Assembly (NCBI GenBank): GCA_025558095.1
Contig: JAIVFI010000001.1
Location: forward strand, 868,001-932,000
DNA: 64,000 nucleotides
Origin: Hyaloraphidium curvatum SAG 235-1
Lineage: Eukaryota; Fungi; Monoblepharomycota
Direction of reading: 5' to 3'
Part shown: positions 34,621 through 46,994 of the stretch, piece after piece
How the letters are laid out: the number at the start of each line of letters is the position of its first letter
Numbering within the stretch: position 1 is the first letter of the stretch
Notes under the pieces: generated by a model
What the model was told of the DNA's origin: nothing
The model's database searches: none
Seen by the model: the letters and a program-made list of their open reading frames with translations, nothing else
Program-made: the position numbers and the translations under genes

Positions 34621-37600
34621 TTAGAGCTGCCCCACTGCCTGTAGCTGCCCAAGAATGTCGAGCAGCCTTTTCACTCCCACAATCCATTGCCCAGTCAAAT
34701 CGAACTTCGTGGTCAGAAGCTCGACTCTGATCTTATCTGCGACATCCAGCTGCTTCGAATCCATTGCTGCAATTGGAAATGAATGAGTGGCGATCCATTC
34801 AGGGCAGGATTCCTACCGACCTGCGGTCAGCTCCAACGCCTTTGCAATGACGAGGCCGTCCGATATCTCGCGATTGTTGAGCTGGTCAAAGAAAGCAGCG
34901 AAACGCTTCTCAGTGTCATCCAGAACCCTCTTGTTCTGCGGCTGCGCGGAGACTGGCGTTGGAGGGCAGCGAGAAGCATAGCCACGAACCACTCACTGGT
35001 CCTTGGGTGCGAGCGAGCTGCAACCAGCGCTGCAGAGAGCTGACGATCGGCATCTCCGAGGCAGGGATGCCACTGAGATCGCCCGGTGCTGCGTCCACAG
35101 TATTCAGATCACAAGCGATACGAAAACGAGGGCGATGGCAACTTACGCAGCCTTTTCTTCGCAGGCGGAGCAGCCTCCGCCACTGGAGGCGGGGCGCTCT
35201 GAACCGGTCCAGCGGAAGGGGCGCGGCCTCCCATACCCAGAGGCGGAGTTCGAGGGGTCACGGAACTTGGCATCTGCGGACCCGGGGTTGGCACACCAAC
35301 GCCGCCCTGCGGCCTGGGGGGTGCCGGTGTGGCAAACACGCCGGGAATCTGTTGCGCGCTACCAGCCGCCCCTGGCTGCGGAGCGTGGCTGAAATTGGAC
35401 GCCGGCGGTGGTGCCACGGCTGCCGGGGTCCACGTGTTTTGGGGCGGAGGTGCGATTGCGGTGCTGGCAGCTGCCGGAGGCGGAGGAAAACCGAAGGTGG
35501 GGGCCTTCGGCATTGCTGGCGGAGGCTGCACAGATGCCGGCTGCGAGCTTGGCATGGGTGCGACAATAGGCGCCACTCGGGGGTTTGCGGCTGGCATGAA
35601 ACGCTGGGGAGATGAGACCATTGGCGGATCGTTGAACGCGGGAGGAGGCAGGCTCGATGTCTGAGGGGGCGGCGGGGTGGGCCTCGCTGGCGCCAGTGGG
35701 AAAACCCCGGGCTGCACTGCAGGCACGGCGGGTCCTAACGGAGCATAGCTCTGCGGGGCCACGGTTTGAGGTTGTCCGTAGTACGACGGCATCGCAGCAG
35801 GCTGTTGTACGTAGGTGTACGAAGCTGGGCCTGGCTGCTGAGTGTACGGGGCGGGCGGTTGCGGCTGCGGGGGTCCGGGAGGCACGATCTGGTACGAGCC
35901 GGCAGACAATCCTTCGCCCGACCAGGGCACGGGCGCCTGAGCAAGATGCGATGGTGCGGCAAGATCCTGTCCGTGCGTCTCCACGGGCACAAGGCCCATC
36001 TCGTTGATTTCGAATGCAGCTTCCGGAACGTTGCCGACGGACGCCTGGGTGGTTTCCGAGAGAGCTTGGAAGACGCGGTCACGAAGAACCGCAACCATGT
36101 GCTGTTCATGTTCGTCCTCGAATGAGTGAGCCGGGATTCGTTCCAAAGACCGCCAAGCCCAATCCAAGTTGCCCTCGTTTGCAACGCACTCAGCGAACTG
36201 GGCATAGCGAAACAGGAGAGCTCTGATTCCCGGTGTGAATCCGCTGGTTTCAAGCGCTCCTTCAATGTCCAGGCACTGTCGCAGGACGAGGAGCTTCTCA
36301 GCCAGATCCTGCAGCAACGCCAATCGCTCCCGCAACACCGTCGGCGGGCCCTTCGCCGACATGCCGTTGACTACCCAGCGCTCAAGAACGTTGGCAGCGT
36401 CGCCAGCCGCGACCTGCACCAAAAGAGCGGCGAGATCAAGCGAGGGCTTTTCGTCTGCAGCGGCCGATTTCGCCCTCTCTCCGATCTTGCCGGCCAGCAG
36501 CTCGCAGGCCGGGGGGAAATCGGCTTCCGCAGCATAGGTGCATATCAAGACAAGCAGATCCTTCCAATCCTTCCACCGCTTCCCGGTCAGATCGGCGCCG
36601 CGGACCACATCCACGACTCTGCCGTCGAGGCAAGCCCCAAGAACGCGCGCATAGGGCTTCTCCTTCATCATCTTCTGCAGTACTGCCGCACGCGTCCTGG
36701 AAAGAAGATCCGGGCCACCGCACACAGCCAGCAAAAGGGCATCCGTGAACTGCTCCGCCGCGAGACACTTTTCGACGCAAGCCCCCAAGTCCCCGGCGAC
36801 CAAGCTTTTCGTCAACTCGTTGCTCAAGTCCACGGGCAAGGGCCTGGCCGCACCCTGGGGATCAGCAGTGGCGATGACGTCAGGGTAGAGGGCGAAGGGC
36901 GCGGTCCCCTCCGTCGGATGGATTGGCCTTTCCAAGCTCGCCACGGAGCGGGAGACCGGGTGGTAACCGTCGGCAGAAACGGAAGGAGCGTTAAATCCGA
37001 GGTGCTTGACGATCTCGGCCCTCGGAGTGTCGGAGAAAAGCTTCGACAAAAACAGCCACACATCTCGGTCCTCGCTCGATGCTGGCACAGATTGTGCCAA
37101 CGACTGGCACAACGCTGCGAAGCTCTGGGAAGTGCCCGAAAGCGCGGCATCCTCAGCCGCCGCTACGCGCCTATCGAACGTGGGCTCTGTTGCTACGACA
37201 AGCGACACAACGCTTGGTACGGCCGCATTGCCTTCCGGCTTGGTGCTGTTGCGGAAGCAGAGCAGCTTCCCGCCGAACGAGAAGGACGCTCCGCAAGGGC
37301 GGCGCATCCACTTCGGCGGCCTTTGGAGGGAGATCGCAGGCTTGGAATCGTTCCCTTGGGCGCCAAAAGCGAAGGGATCGTCCGTCACTCCCACTGCTAC
37401 GCCCGCGTGGTCTGCCTCGCCTGTTCCGTGCCGCTGCAGCGAGTGTACCGCGATGATACCGTCGAAGCCGCCGATCGCCAACAGATCTGGGTTCCGCGGG
37501 CACCACTGAACTTCGAACGCCCAATTGCCCGTGACGTCGACGGTTCCCAGGTTCTCCGTGGTCGATGGATTCCACAGCAGGGTACGATTGTCTTTTCCGC

Positions 37601-38696
37601 AGCTCAGCATCAAATCGGAGTCCTTGGGACACCATGCCACAGAGAGGACGCCTTTTGTGTGGCCGACGAGTGACTTGCAACGAAACAGAGTGTGAGCAAC
37701 CCAGTCGATGTTTCTGCACAACACCAACCTTCTCGGGAGCTCTTGCATTCTTCAGGTCCCAGACCAGCAATGCCGGGCTGTTGTCGTCGTCAGATGCAGT
37801 AACGATTTGCGTCGGCTGACGCGTAACCCAGTTAGCCCCCGGTGGCTGGCGGAGCGCATGCACACCAACCGTGTCGGGATTCCAAGAAATGGCAGTGATC
37901 CCTTTGCGGCCGCCGGGATGGGCGAGTTGGATGAGTTCCCTCCGATTCCTCAGGTCCCATATGACGGTGTAGCCATTTGTGCTGGCGCTAGCAAGGATGT
38001 GGGCAACCTGCCGATTCCAAGCCACGCAGGTCACGTCTTCGAGCTTCGTGGACTTTGTTGCCGGAGCGTAGGGCTTGGTCGGGTTTGCGAGGTCCCAGAT
38101 GAAGATCTGCCGCGGCAACCGAACGTCGATGTTGGTTGGGACACGCGAGCCACTTCCCATCGTCACCCACCTCGCCGTCGTTGGAGCCGGTCGACAGAAG
38201 GTTTGGCTGCAGCGGATTAAAGTCCAGCCCGCGCACGGGGCCGCTGTGCGCGCCGGTCTTCGTGAGGAGCGATTCCCCGCCATTGATGATGGCAGCCGGG
38301 TTCCACAGGCCCAGTTCCCCGTTCTCCAGGCCTCCGGCCAGAATTCCGTGCTCCTTGGAGCCATGAGGTCCACCTGCCATGCTCCATGCCAGCCGATTGA
38401 ACCTGCGGGACGCGCTCAGACGCGGCCTGACCGGGCAAGGGCAAACGCTACCTCGCCGGCGCCTTCGTCTGGCCCAGGGTGCGCACGACGGACTCTGCGC
38501 CGTTTAGGTGCGGCGAAGCCCCGTCATCGGCATCGAGGCCGAGGTCAACAATCTCGAGCTCCGTCGCGGTGCTGAACGACGCATCCAGCGCGCCGGCGAC
38601 GGTGCCGACCGCGAGAAGCGGCAGCTGCGGGCCGGGCGACCATGCGAACGTTGCGGTGCGGTTCAGCTGCCGCAGTCGGCCGCCGCCGCCGGCCAT
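34621..38696 (-). CDS. SEC31: COPII coat protein Sec31
   Basis: N-terminal RTATFAWSP...GTVAGALDASFST; WD40 repeats; RPPKWMRRPCGASFSFGGKL; Pro-rich region; C-terminal WIVGVKRLL. Confidence 0.95.
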
Positions 38697-38782
38697 GGCG
38701 CGACGGTTTGTGGACGCGTTGTGGGCACTGGACATACGTGGCCAAGCTGTAGGCGCGAGGCCTTTTCGCAAAACATTCACTT

Positions 38783-39166
38783 CTAGGTCACTTTGGGCTT
38801 GCTCCGCCGCTTACTCCGGAGCATAACCAGGGCAACGAAGCTCGAAACTCCGGTCAGTCCGACGAGGAGCAGCGCCACGGGGACGCGGATCGCCCATTCC
38901 GGGGGCGGGAAGTACGCTCGCGCCGGGTGGTCCGAGTCCACGAACGGCTGGGCCGCGCAGAGAAGGGGAGACAATTAGGCGCAGTCTTGAACAAAGAACG
39001 GATCTGCTCACTAGCACGAGGGCCCACAGGGTGTAGTAGGCGAAGACCGCGAAACCGACCGCTATAAGGCCCGCCCCGGCGATTCGGTCCTCGAGCGCCT
39101 GTGTGCCAATGCAGAGGGGTCCATATGCTGCTGCAAAAAGCCTGCTGCGCGCGAGCAGCCCACCAT
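38783..39166 (-). CDS. DPM2: Dolichol-phosphate mannose synthase regulatory subunit 2
   Basis: DRIAGAGLIAVGFAVFAYYTLWALVL|PFVDSDHPARAYFPPPEWAIRVPVALLL. The first exon appears to contain only the ATG. Confidence 0.88.
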
Positions 39167-39248
39167 TCGAAGAACACGGAAAGGGTGTGGTGACGAGTCG
39201 CGGCGCCTGCTGCGTTCTGCCCCGCGATCCAGTGGACGCCGATGCCAT

Positions 39249-42200
39249 ATGGCCGATCGCGGCAACCGCGGAGGTAATGCATCGAGAGATCCGCGCCGAC
39301 ATCGCGCCTCGGACGCGCCTCGCCGGTCGGAGACGCGTCCGCGACGGCGAGACGCGCGCCCCGCGGGTCCAAGCTCCGGTGGTGCCGGCGGCATGGCATG
39401 GACGCGTCCCTTCGCTGCTGGACGAGGGACGCGCCTTCATCTCTTCCTGCCGGATCCTGGACATGGGCGCGATGTTCGCGGCTGCCAGACAGAGCTTCCT
39501 GACGCTCGTTTCGTTCCCGTGTCTTGCAGGCTTCCGCGGTAACTTTCCACCCAAGCCCCGCGTGGTGCAATCGGCCTCTGCGCCGAAGCCTTTGGATCTA
39601 CCTAGTTGGGTCCTTGCGTCGTCGGACGGAGCTGGGAGCTGACCTCTGTCTCCACCTCCTAGGCTTGCGGAAAGGCAATGTCCTGGGCCTGGATCCCACT
39701 GTGAACATCGTACCGTCCGGGATAGGCGCAGTCTGGGGATCTTCGCCGGGCGATGCACCGAAGCCGAAGGAGGCCGCTCCCAATGGCCCCGCTGCCGGAC
39801 CGGGAGATCGAGCAAAGCCCGCGAGCCCAACAGTACGTCCTTTTGGGCTACACAGGCCGTTCCGGATGCTAAAATCGACTGTAGGCACCCAAGGAAGTCC
39901 CGAAACAGGGCATTGAAGGCGCCCGCCCGGCAAACGTATGGCAGCAACGTGCTGCCTCAAACCGCCCGGCGCCTCGAGACCCGTGGGTGCTGGCCTTCTT
40001 CTTGCGGGGTCGGGCCTTACAGTGCGCGTTCTGCAGCCTGGGCATTCTTGGAAAGCCTCCGAGCGGGGGCGATACAACATGGGTCGACGATACCGAGATG
40101 GATTTCTCGAAAGTGCCGGTGTTTGAGGAGGAAGGGGAGGAGGGCGGACGGTCTGGCACTCCTCCGAGCTCCGGTCAAGCTGTGGGCCAATCAGGCAGGG
40201 AGCTCGACCGCGTTTACGACAGGCGAAACGGGCCTTTCGACCGGGAGCTGCCGAGGGAAGCTCCTCATTCTGCGTGGCGACGGGAAGACCCCGGCCGGGA
40301 GGATTACATGCATCACCCCTCGGCGTGGCGGAGGGATGAGGAGCAGATGCATCTGAGATACGGCGGCCCCGACAGGGATCGGATTGAAGCGCACGGCTAC
40401 CGCGTCGATCGCTTTCCTCCGCACGACCATCACCATCCCGCTTGGGAAGGCCGACGACCACCCGGCAGCGGCTTCGAGGCAGAGAATGACCATCGATTCC
40501 GCCGCTATGAGCGCAACTCATTCTTCAGCTCCCATCCGCCGCAGTTGTTGCAACGTGGGCCCGACCACGGCACTGACCCGAGGCGTCATGCCGTCGGAGA
40601 TCCGGCGAACATCACCGCAGCCAGGCGAGGGAGCTTGGATGCCGAAGCAGTTGGCCGCAGCGTTGAGGCGCGCCGCCTCCCCTCATCCGACAGACTTCCC
40701 GGCGCCGAAGCTCGACCCCCCCGGGAAACCTCTCCAGCTGCCGCGACGAGGGACGGGCCGCGTGACGCGGTGCCGAGCCGCAGCCTGTCGCAAGATGCCT
40801 CCCACGTTGCTCCCTCGGACGGTTCAATGCCGGATCGACGCCGGATTGTTTCAGACGATCTGCCCCGCCAGGCTACCGCCGAGCACGCGCCGGATTTGCA
40901 GCTTCCTGCCCCATCCGCCGCCGCGGAGATGGTGCTGGACGCCGCGCAGATCCTTGCTCTGCAAAAGGAGTCTATGGCCGCCATCCTGGAACGCGCAAAG
41001 AAAAGGAAGGAGGAAGAGGAGCGTTTGGAGCGCGAAGAGTCGGAGCGGCGGCGTCAGGCCAAGCTTCGAGAGCTGGAAGAGAAATTGGGCAAGCGGAAAC
41101 CCGACGGAACTGCGCCCATTGCCTCTCCTAAGCCCAGCGCGGAGCTGAAAGCGAAAGCTGTTTCCGGTCGGCCCGTGGACGGTGTAGCACCGCAGGCGGA
41201 AGGCGCGGATGCCCGAAATCTCGTCCCGGCAGACTCTTCCGCAAGGAACGCAGTTTCTGTTGCGCCGCTACATACTGCGGCTGCCGTGCTTCCCGGAACC
41301 GCTTCACCGGTCCCGGACGTCGGTACAGCTCATATTGACGCCTTGGTGGCACAGACATCGAGGCCGCGCGACGCCGTGCGGGGCCAGCTCTGGATGCCGC
41401 CAAATTCGCAGGTCAAACCTTCTTCCGAACCGACAAAGGGCAAGCGTCCCACGGTTGCCGGCACTCTCGACGCGACCAAGGTCAAGGGCACCACGGGCTC
41501 CGGCCCGTCATCGAGCCAGGCCCTGGAATCAACCCCACCTGTCCCACCCCGGCATCAAAATGCTCCAAACGAGCTCCCGACTAGGCCTTCCCCCGCGCGG
41601 CGCCAAGCTCCCCGGGTGGAAAATTTGGTGGCATCGACGCCTCCCCGTCGCCAGCCTGCTGCTTCTACAAGCTCGCATTCGGACAACATCACGAAGGTTA
41701 TGGAGAAGATCACCAACCTCCGGCTTTCGCTGAGCGAGCCAAAAGAGAAGCGAGAAGAGCCCGGTGATGCGGGAGGAAACGGGCCCGAATCGGATCGCAA
41801 AGGCGCTGGCTTGGAGGAAGGCCAACGATCCATGGAGTCGGGCAAAGCGTCGGAACCAGTGCTGCAGCCTGGAAAGGCTTCTGCGGGGGCCGAAGTTGCC
41901 TCTTTGGACAAGGGCCCCAACCATCTCGAATCGGGCAAGGATGCCTCGGACGCGGCGAGCCCGAAAGGCCCACGGTCAAGTCGGAAACCCAAATCAGAGT
42001 CAAACACGCCACCCCGCCTGGATAAGGCGAGACAGCGGGAACAGCAGGAGGGATCGGCGGAATTCGCGCGCGCTCGACGATCGGACGGCACCGTCGGGGG
42101 TACACCCGGGACCAAGAGCTCAGGTAACGTGCGAGGATGGACGAGCGATGGCAGTAGGCTCACGTCAAGAGCTAGATCCGGAAGCCGCGAGCCGCAGGTC

Positions 42201-43778
42201 TGGAAGAGCCAAAGGCGAGAAGGAGCAGTACAAGAAGCACTCGGATCCGTGGGCAATCAGCTTGCCGCAATCCGTGTCGGAGGCTGTCCGTGCAAAAGGT
42301 GTAACGGTCAAGTTCGTCGCTCCTCCAGGCAAGTGTTGGGTTCGAAACCGTTCCGCTTGTTTTCCTGACTCGCGATGTCCGCAGAATCCGACGAAGGCGG
42401 GAAGCTTCCCGCGGGCGCGAAGCCAGCGTCGAGCACCTCGAATGCCCGGATGGCGCAGGACGCAAAAGCTGCGGCCCAACTCAGGGACACGGGCATACCT
42501 CACCTGCTGCAACCTTCGGGCGTGTTTCCTGGTGGATCGACAGAGGGCACGCCGCCTTCAACGCTCGGACTGGAGCCGATATGGGAAACCATCCCGGGCG
42601 GGCATCCCGGCCACCAGCACACTCTACCAAACAGCCTTTCGGCCCTGGAGGACGAAATGCACGATTCTCCGCTGGACGAACTGGGTCGTCAGCTTCGAGA
42701 AGTCGACGCGGCAAGGGGCAACCTCGCGGTTCCATTTCCCGCGCCGCGAATCGAGTTGGACGGGCCCGTTCGCCCGGTCCAGGCCGTCGTCTACGATTCC
42801 AGGGGCAATCCCGTGCCGCTTGTGCCGTTCCAACACCAAAGCAGCATTCTTTCTGGTGGTGGCCCCTTGGTACCGTGGGCGCTGGGCCCGGAGGTCAGCA
42901 CAAAGAAGCTGCCGTCTGGTGCTTCGCCGCCCGCGGCTGGCGGATTGCCTTCGCGAGAGGCCCCATCTGGGAGCCAAAGCACTCGGATGTCTCCTCATGG
43001 TGCAATTGCACCACTCCCGCCGATCGGAACGCCTCTAACGGGCCGCGATCGCGTCGGTGGGCCGAACGGAGCGAGGCGCAACGCCCCAGCCAAGGAACCC
43101 GAAAGGTCCAACTGGAATGCGATGGACGGCGGCGGAATCGTTTTGAACATTGCACACGCTCGTGTTCCCAAATCCAACGTCGGGAAGGAAGGCGACGGTA
43201 TCAGGAGGGCACCGGGGCCAGCCGAGCGCCGCGGAGACTCCGGCGCACCGCTGCAGAGCGAGTCGCTCTTCTCGACCGGCGTCGCGCAAGAGCTTCAAGG
43301 CGCAAAAGGATCCCCAGCGGCCACAGGTCGGCCGGCGCGGCGCCGTGCGCGGGGCAAGGGCAACCCTGCTGGAGAAAACCAGCCGCGCGGGGAGCTTCCG
43401 GAAGGAGCGCGGAACTCTGCGGTGGCTACTTCAGGAGTTGCACCTGTCCCAGATCGTGGAGACGAGGCCGCCGGGTCGACGATCGCGGGAGAGGGCCCCG
43501 ACGGCGGTGGTGATGGCGGCACCCCCCGATCGCGCAGAGGGCGCGGCCAACGGAAGAAGGGGACTGGCAACGCGGGCACGGAGGTCCCAAACGGCCCCAC
43601 CGTTGACCATCCTGCTGGTGCGGAGCAGCCCGCGGAAGACGGTTCCCAGGCGGCAGGGCAGCCATCCAAGGGTGGGCCCGGCGGGCGGAGAAACCGCCGT
43701 TCGCGCGGGCGCGGTGGGAAAGGCGGCGAGGCAGCATCTGGCGTGACAAGACGAGATGTACAGGCTGATCAGCCGTAG
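39249..43778 (+). CDS. PRRC2/BAT2 (MOS1)-like large disordered protein
   Basis: Spliced PKPLDLPSLRKGNVLGLDPTVNIVPSG..WGS (BAT2 N-terminal-like); WVDDTEMDFSKVPVF; coiled coil ERAKKRKEEEERLEREE..RQAKLRELEEKL; RG-rich tail. The start is uncertain. Confidence 0.7.
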
Positions 43779-44020
43779 TGAGGCAAAGAATCTGCCATAA
43801 GTAGCGAGGGGGGATTGGAGGGCGTCATCAACACCACCTCGCAACCTCCGGCCCCGCCACTTCCGAGTCCAGCGTTCATCGCGGGTCCGGCCTCAAGAAT
43901 TGCCTGAAAGGCACCGAGGAAGATCGATTACAACGGAATCGGAAGTGTTCCGAGCCGAACGAACACGGCGGGCAGGCGCTGGTTGCGGAATCTCCCGGAG
44001 ACGCCGGAACGTCTGCCGAC

Positions 44021-45587
44021 ATGTCTGCGGGGGCCAAGAAGCCTGCACAAGCCCCCTGGTGGACGGGGGGCGCGGCGTCCTGCATGGCTGCGTCAAGTGC
44101 GTTGTTGGGAGACGGCCGATGGAGTCACGGTGGTGCTGACTTCCCGGACCTGCCACGCCCCGGCGCTGGACATCGCAGTCACACACCCCATCGGTACGTT
44201 GCTCCGACTGTCGACCTTGAGCTCAATGGCTAGAGCTTCTCGTCGATCCCAGACCTTCTGAAGGTCCGTATGCAGACCTCGACGACCGGAAAACCGACCT
44301 ACACCGGGACCGTCAAGAGCATCATTGCTCAAAGCGGGCCACGCGGCCTTTTTGCCGGGCTCTCGGCAAGGTTTGTATTTGAGGGCATGGCGGTCGTCAC
44401 TGGAGGCACTAGCGATCGGTTCGCAGTCTCCTCCGACAGATCACCTACTCGACCACCCGTTTTGCCGTTTACGACGGGCTAAAAGATTGGCTCAGCAAGT
44501 CGGGCAATCTCAATTTCGGGACGCAGCTGATGGCGTCAATTGTGGGCGGTGCGGCCGGAGGCATCGTCGGTGAGGTGTGATCGCAGAGGAGAGATGTCGA
44601 TGCCTGACCTTCGATCCTGGCCAGGGCAACCGGCGGACATAACGGTCGGCGCTCCATTTGCGCTCAAACACGTCCCGAAGATGCTGATGCTTGTTGTCGT
44701 GGCAGAACGTGCGGATGCAGAACGACGGGAAGCTGCCCAAGGAGCTTCGGAGGAACTACCGGAATGTGTTTGACGGAATCTTCCGGATCACACGAGAGGT
44801 GCGGATCCGCGGCCCGAACGATTCGCGCCGGTTCATGACCCCCTGCTGTCTCCAGGAAGGGATCTCCAGTCTTTTCCGGGGCCTCTCTGCCAATGTGTCT
44901 CGGGCAATCATCATGACCGCGTCCCAGCTTGTGTCTTGTGAGTCTGTCGTGCTCTCCACGAAGTGTGCGTCTCAAAGGGGAGCCATAGACGATGTGATCA
45001 AGGCCAAGCTGCTTGCTTCGGGCTACTTTGGTGATAACATGGTCACGCACTTCTCGTCGAGCCTCCTTGCGGTGGGCGACCGCGGAGCCCTCCCCGTGGC
45101 TAGGCGCTGAAGCAAACGCCACCAGGGCTTGATTGCGACGACCTGCAGCAGTCCAGTCGATGTCGCCAAGACAAGACTGATGTCTGCGGTGACGGTCGAG
45201 TACAAGGCACGCACGTTCCCGGACGCGTGCCGTGGTTCCTACTGACTATTTGCTCAGGGCATGACGGACGCGCTCGTAAAGATCGTCGCCAAAGAGGGAC
45301 CCCAAGGGCTTTTCAAGGGTGAAGCATCCGATGTTTGGCCATTTTGAGCTGAGGTTCACCCGGTACCTCCTGACAGGCTGGGTTTCGTCCTTCTCTCGGC
45401 TAGGACCGCATACTATCTTGGTGAGTTGTTGCCCTCATGTGCTCGCAAAAGCAAAGCTGACCGCAACCCGCCGCTCCAAGACCTTCGTAAGTGCACGCTT
45501 CATTGAGAGGCGGTGCGGTCTGGCTGACCCGATGGTGCTCGCAAGATGTTCTACGAGCAGCTCAAGCGGCTTACAACGTCTGCCTAA
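44021..45587 (+). CDS. DIC1: Mitochondrial dicarboxylate carrier (SLC25A10/Dic1)
   Basis: WWTGGAASCMAA, THPIDLLKVRMQ, RQITYSTTRF, VRMQNDGKLP..RRNYRNVFDG, SPVDVAKTRLM, RLGPHTILTFMFYEQLK; about 11 introns including microexons. Confidence 0.92.
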
Positions 45588-45596
45588 TGCGCCCGT

Positions 45597-46103
45597 TCAC
45601 ATGCTACTACGATACCGATCCAGGATGGCATGGCATTTCTCGGCAAAGAACGTGAAGGGTTCGGCGTCCGACTGCCATAGAGCATCCAGTGTCGGTGCCT
45701 TGCTCGGAACGTCTGTCCGCACAACTTCCTCGAGAATCGCCCGGAGCCTAGGGTCGTTTTCCAGGGAGATGCGGAGGTCCCTATCGAGGAGCAGCTGGCG
45801 GAGGGCATCCTCGGCCAGCCGGTTGTCCTCGTCGATGTCTTCGTTGCTCGGGAACGCGGGCTCCGGCATATCTACGGCGAGCATAGTGCTTTGATTCTGC
45901 GTGCGTACCGGAGCGCATGTCTTTCCCGGATTTGCAGGATCTTCCACGGCCAGGTCGGTGTCCGCGGCAGCCGGGCTCGCCGGGGAATCCGCCTTTTGGC
46001 ACACTTGGCGGTGCTCTTTGAAGCAGGCAACGGAGCAATAGGCCACCAGACACGAAGGGCACTTGTACCGGCGCGGCACCGTTGCGCAGACTTGGCAGAG
46101 CAT
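45597..46103 (-). CDS. HIT1: zf-HIT protein (Hit1/ZNHIT3-like)
   Basis: CQVC..RYKCPSCLVAYCSVACFKEHRQVC; C-terminal LENDPRLRAILEEV...FTFFAEKC. Confidence 0.8.
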   Translation of the reverse strand: MLCQVCATVPRRYKCPSCLVAYCSVACFKEHRQVCQKADSPASPAAADTDLAVEDPANPGKTCAPVRTQNQSTMLAVDMPEPAFPSNEDIDEDNRLAEDALRQLLLDRDLRISLENDPRLRAILEEVVRTDVPSKAPTLDALWQSDAEPFTFFAEKCHAILDRYRSSM

Positions 46104-46344
46104 CGTCCCGCGAACCTTCCGCCGGCGTGAAACGCGCACGTAAACAATGGTGATGGCCTGGCGCGTCGTTCGAATCCTTCCCGCAAACCCCTGGCTCGAC
46201 ACCCGTCGCGACCAAAGAAAAGCTTCGCAAGCTCTGAAGATTCACTCCAGGATCGAGGATCGTCTATCTGTAACGCCAGACATTCGGTAATCGCGCCGTC
46301 AAGCACGCATTGCGTCGATCTCGACGACAGCGATCCCGACTTCG

Positions 46345-46994
46345 CATGGAAGAGAAGCGAATCATCGCCAGGCTGCACAAAGAGACGGTTCTGCTCACGC
46401 GGGAGCTCGAACGGCTCGGACGCGTCGCGCAGCGGCACAAGGAGCTCGACGTCGGCCTCGTCCGGCAGCTCGGGGGGCAGCGCCGCCGTCCGGACAGGGC
46501 CGTATCTATACCGGACTGCAAGCCCATGCCCCCAACGAGTCGGCCCAAGCCGAGTGCAGCAGCCGGCTGCGCATGTGCGGCCCGGGCGGTGGACTCCGAT
46601 TCCGCCCGACGGGTCCGCGAGCTGACGGCAAAGCTGGAGAACGAACAACGACGAAATCGCAAGCTCCTCGAGGTAAAGAGATCGCAACTATTGGCTATGC
46701 TTCGGGCACTAAAACATCCATGCTCTCAAGGCGCTGGAACAGACCACCGCGGAGAACCAGACCTTGCGAGAGGAGCTGGCGGCGCCCGCACCACACGCCC
46801 ACCAGCCGGCATCCACATTCGATCCCTGGGCCGAAATCTTGGAAGAGGTCAGGAAGGTGGGTGACGTGGGGCAAGATCTGGTCCAGCCAGGAGCTGACGC
46901 CGGTGAACACGCCCAGGCCCAAAGGCGACATGCTTCATTCCTCGCCTCGCCCTACTCCTCCACCACGTCTTCCTCCGCACCGTCGGAGAGATAG
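46345..46994 (+). CDS. Hypothetical small coiled-coil protein
   Basis: Heptad-rich exons (RLHKETVLLTRELERL; RVRELTAKLENEQRRNRKLLE|ALEQTTAENQTLREEL) joined by plausible introns; no family recognised. Confidence 0.45.
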
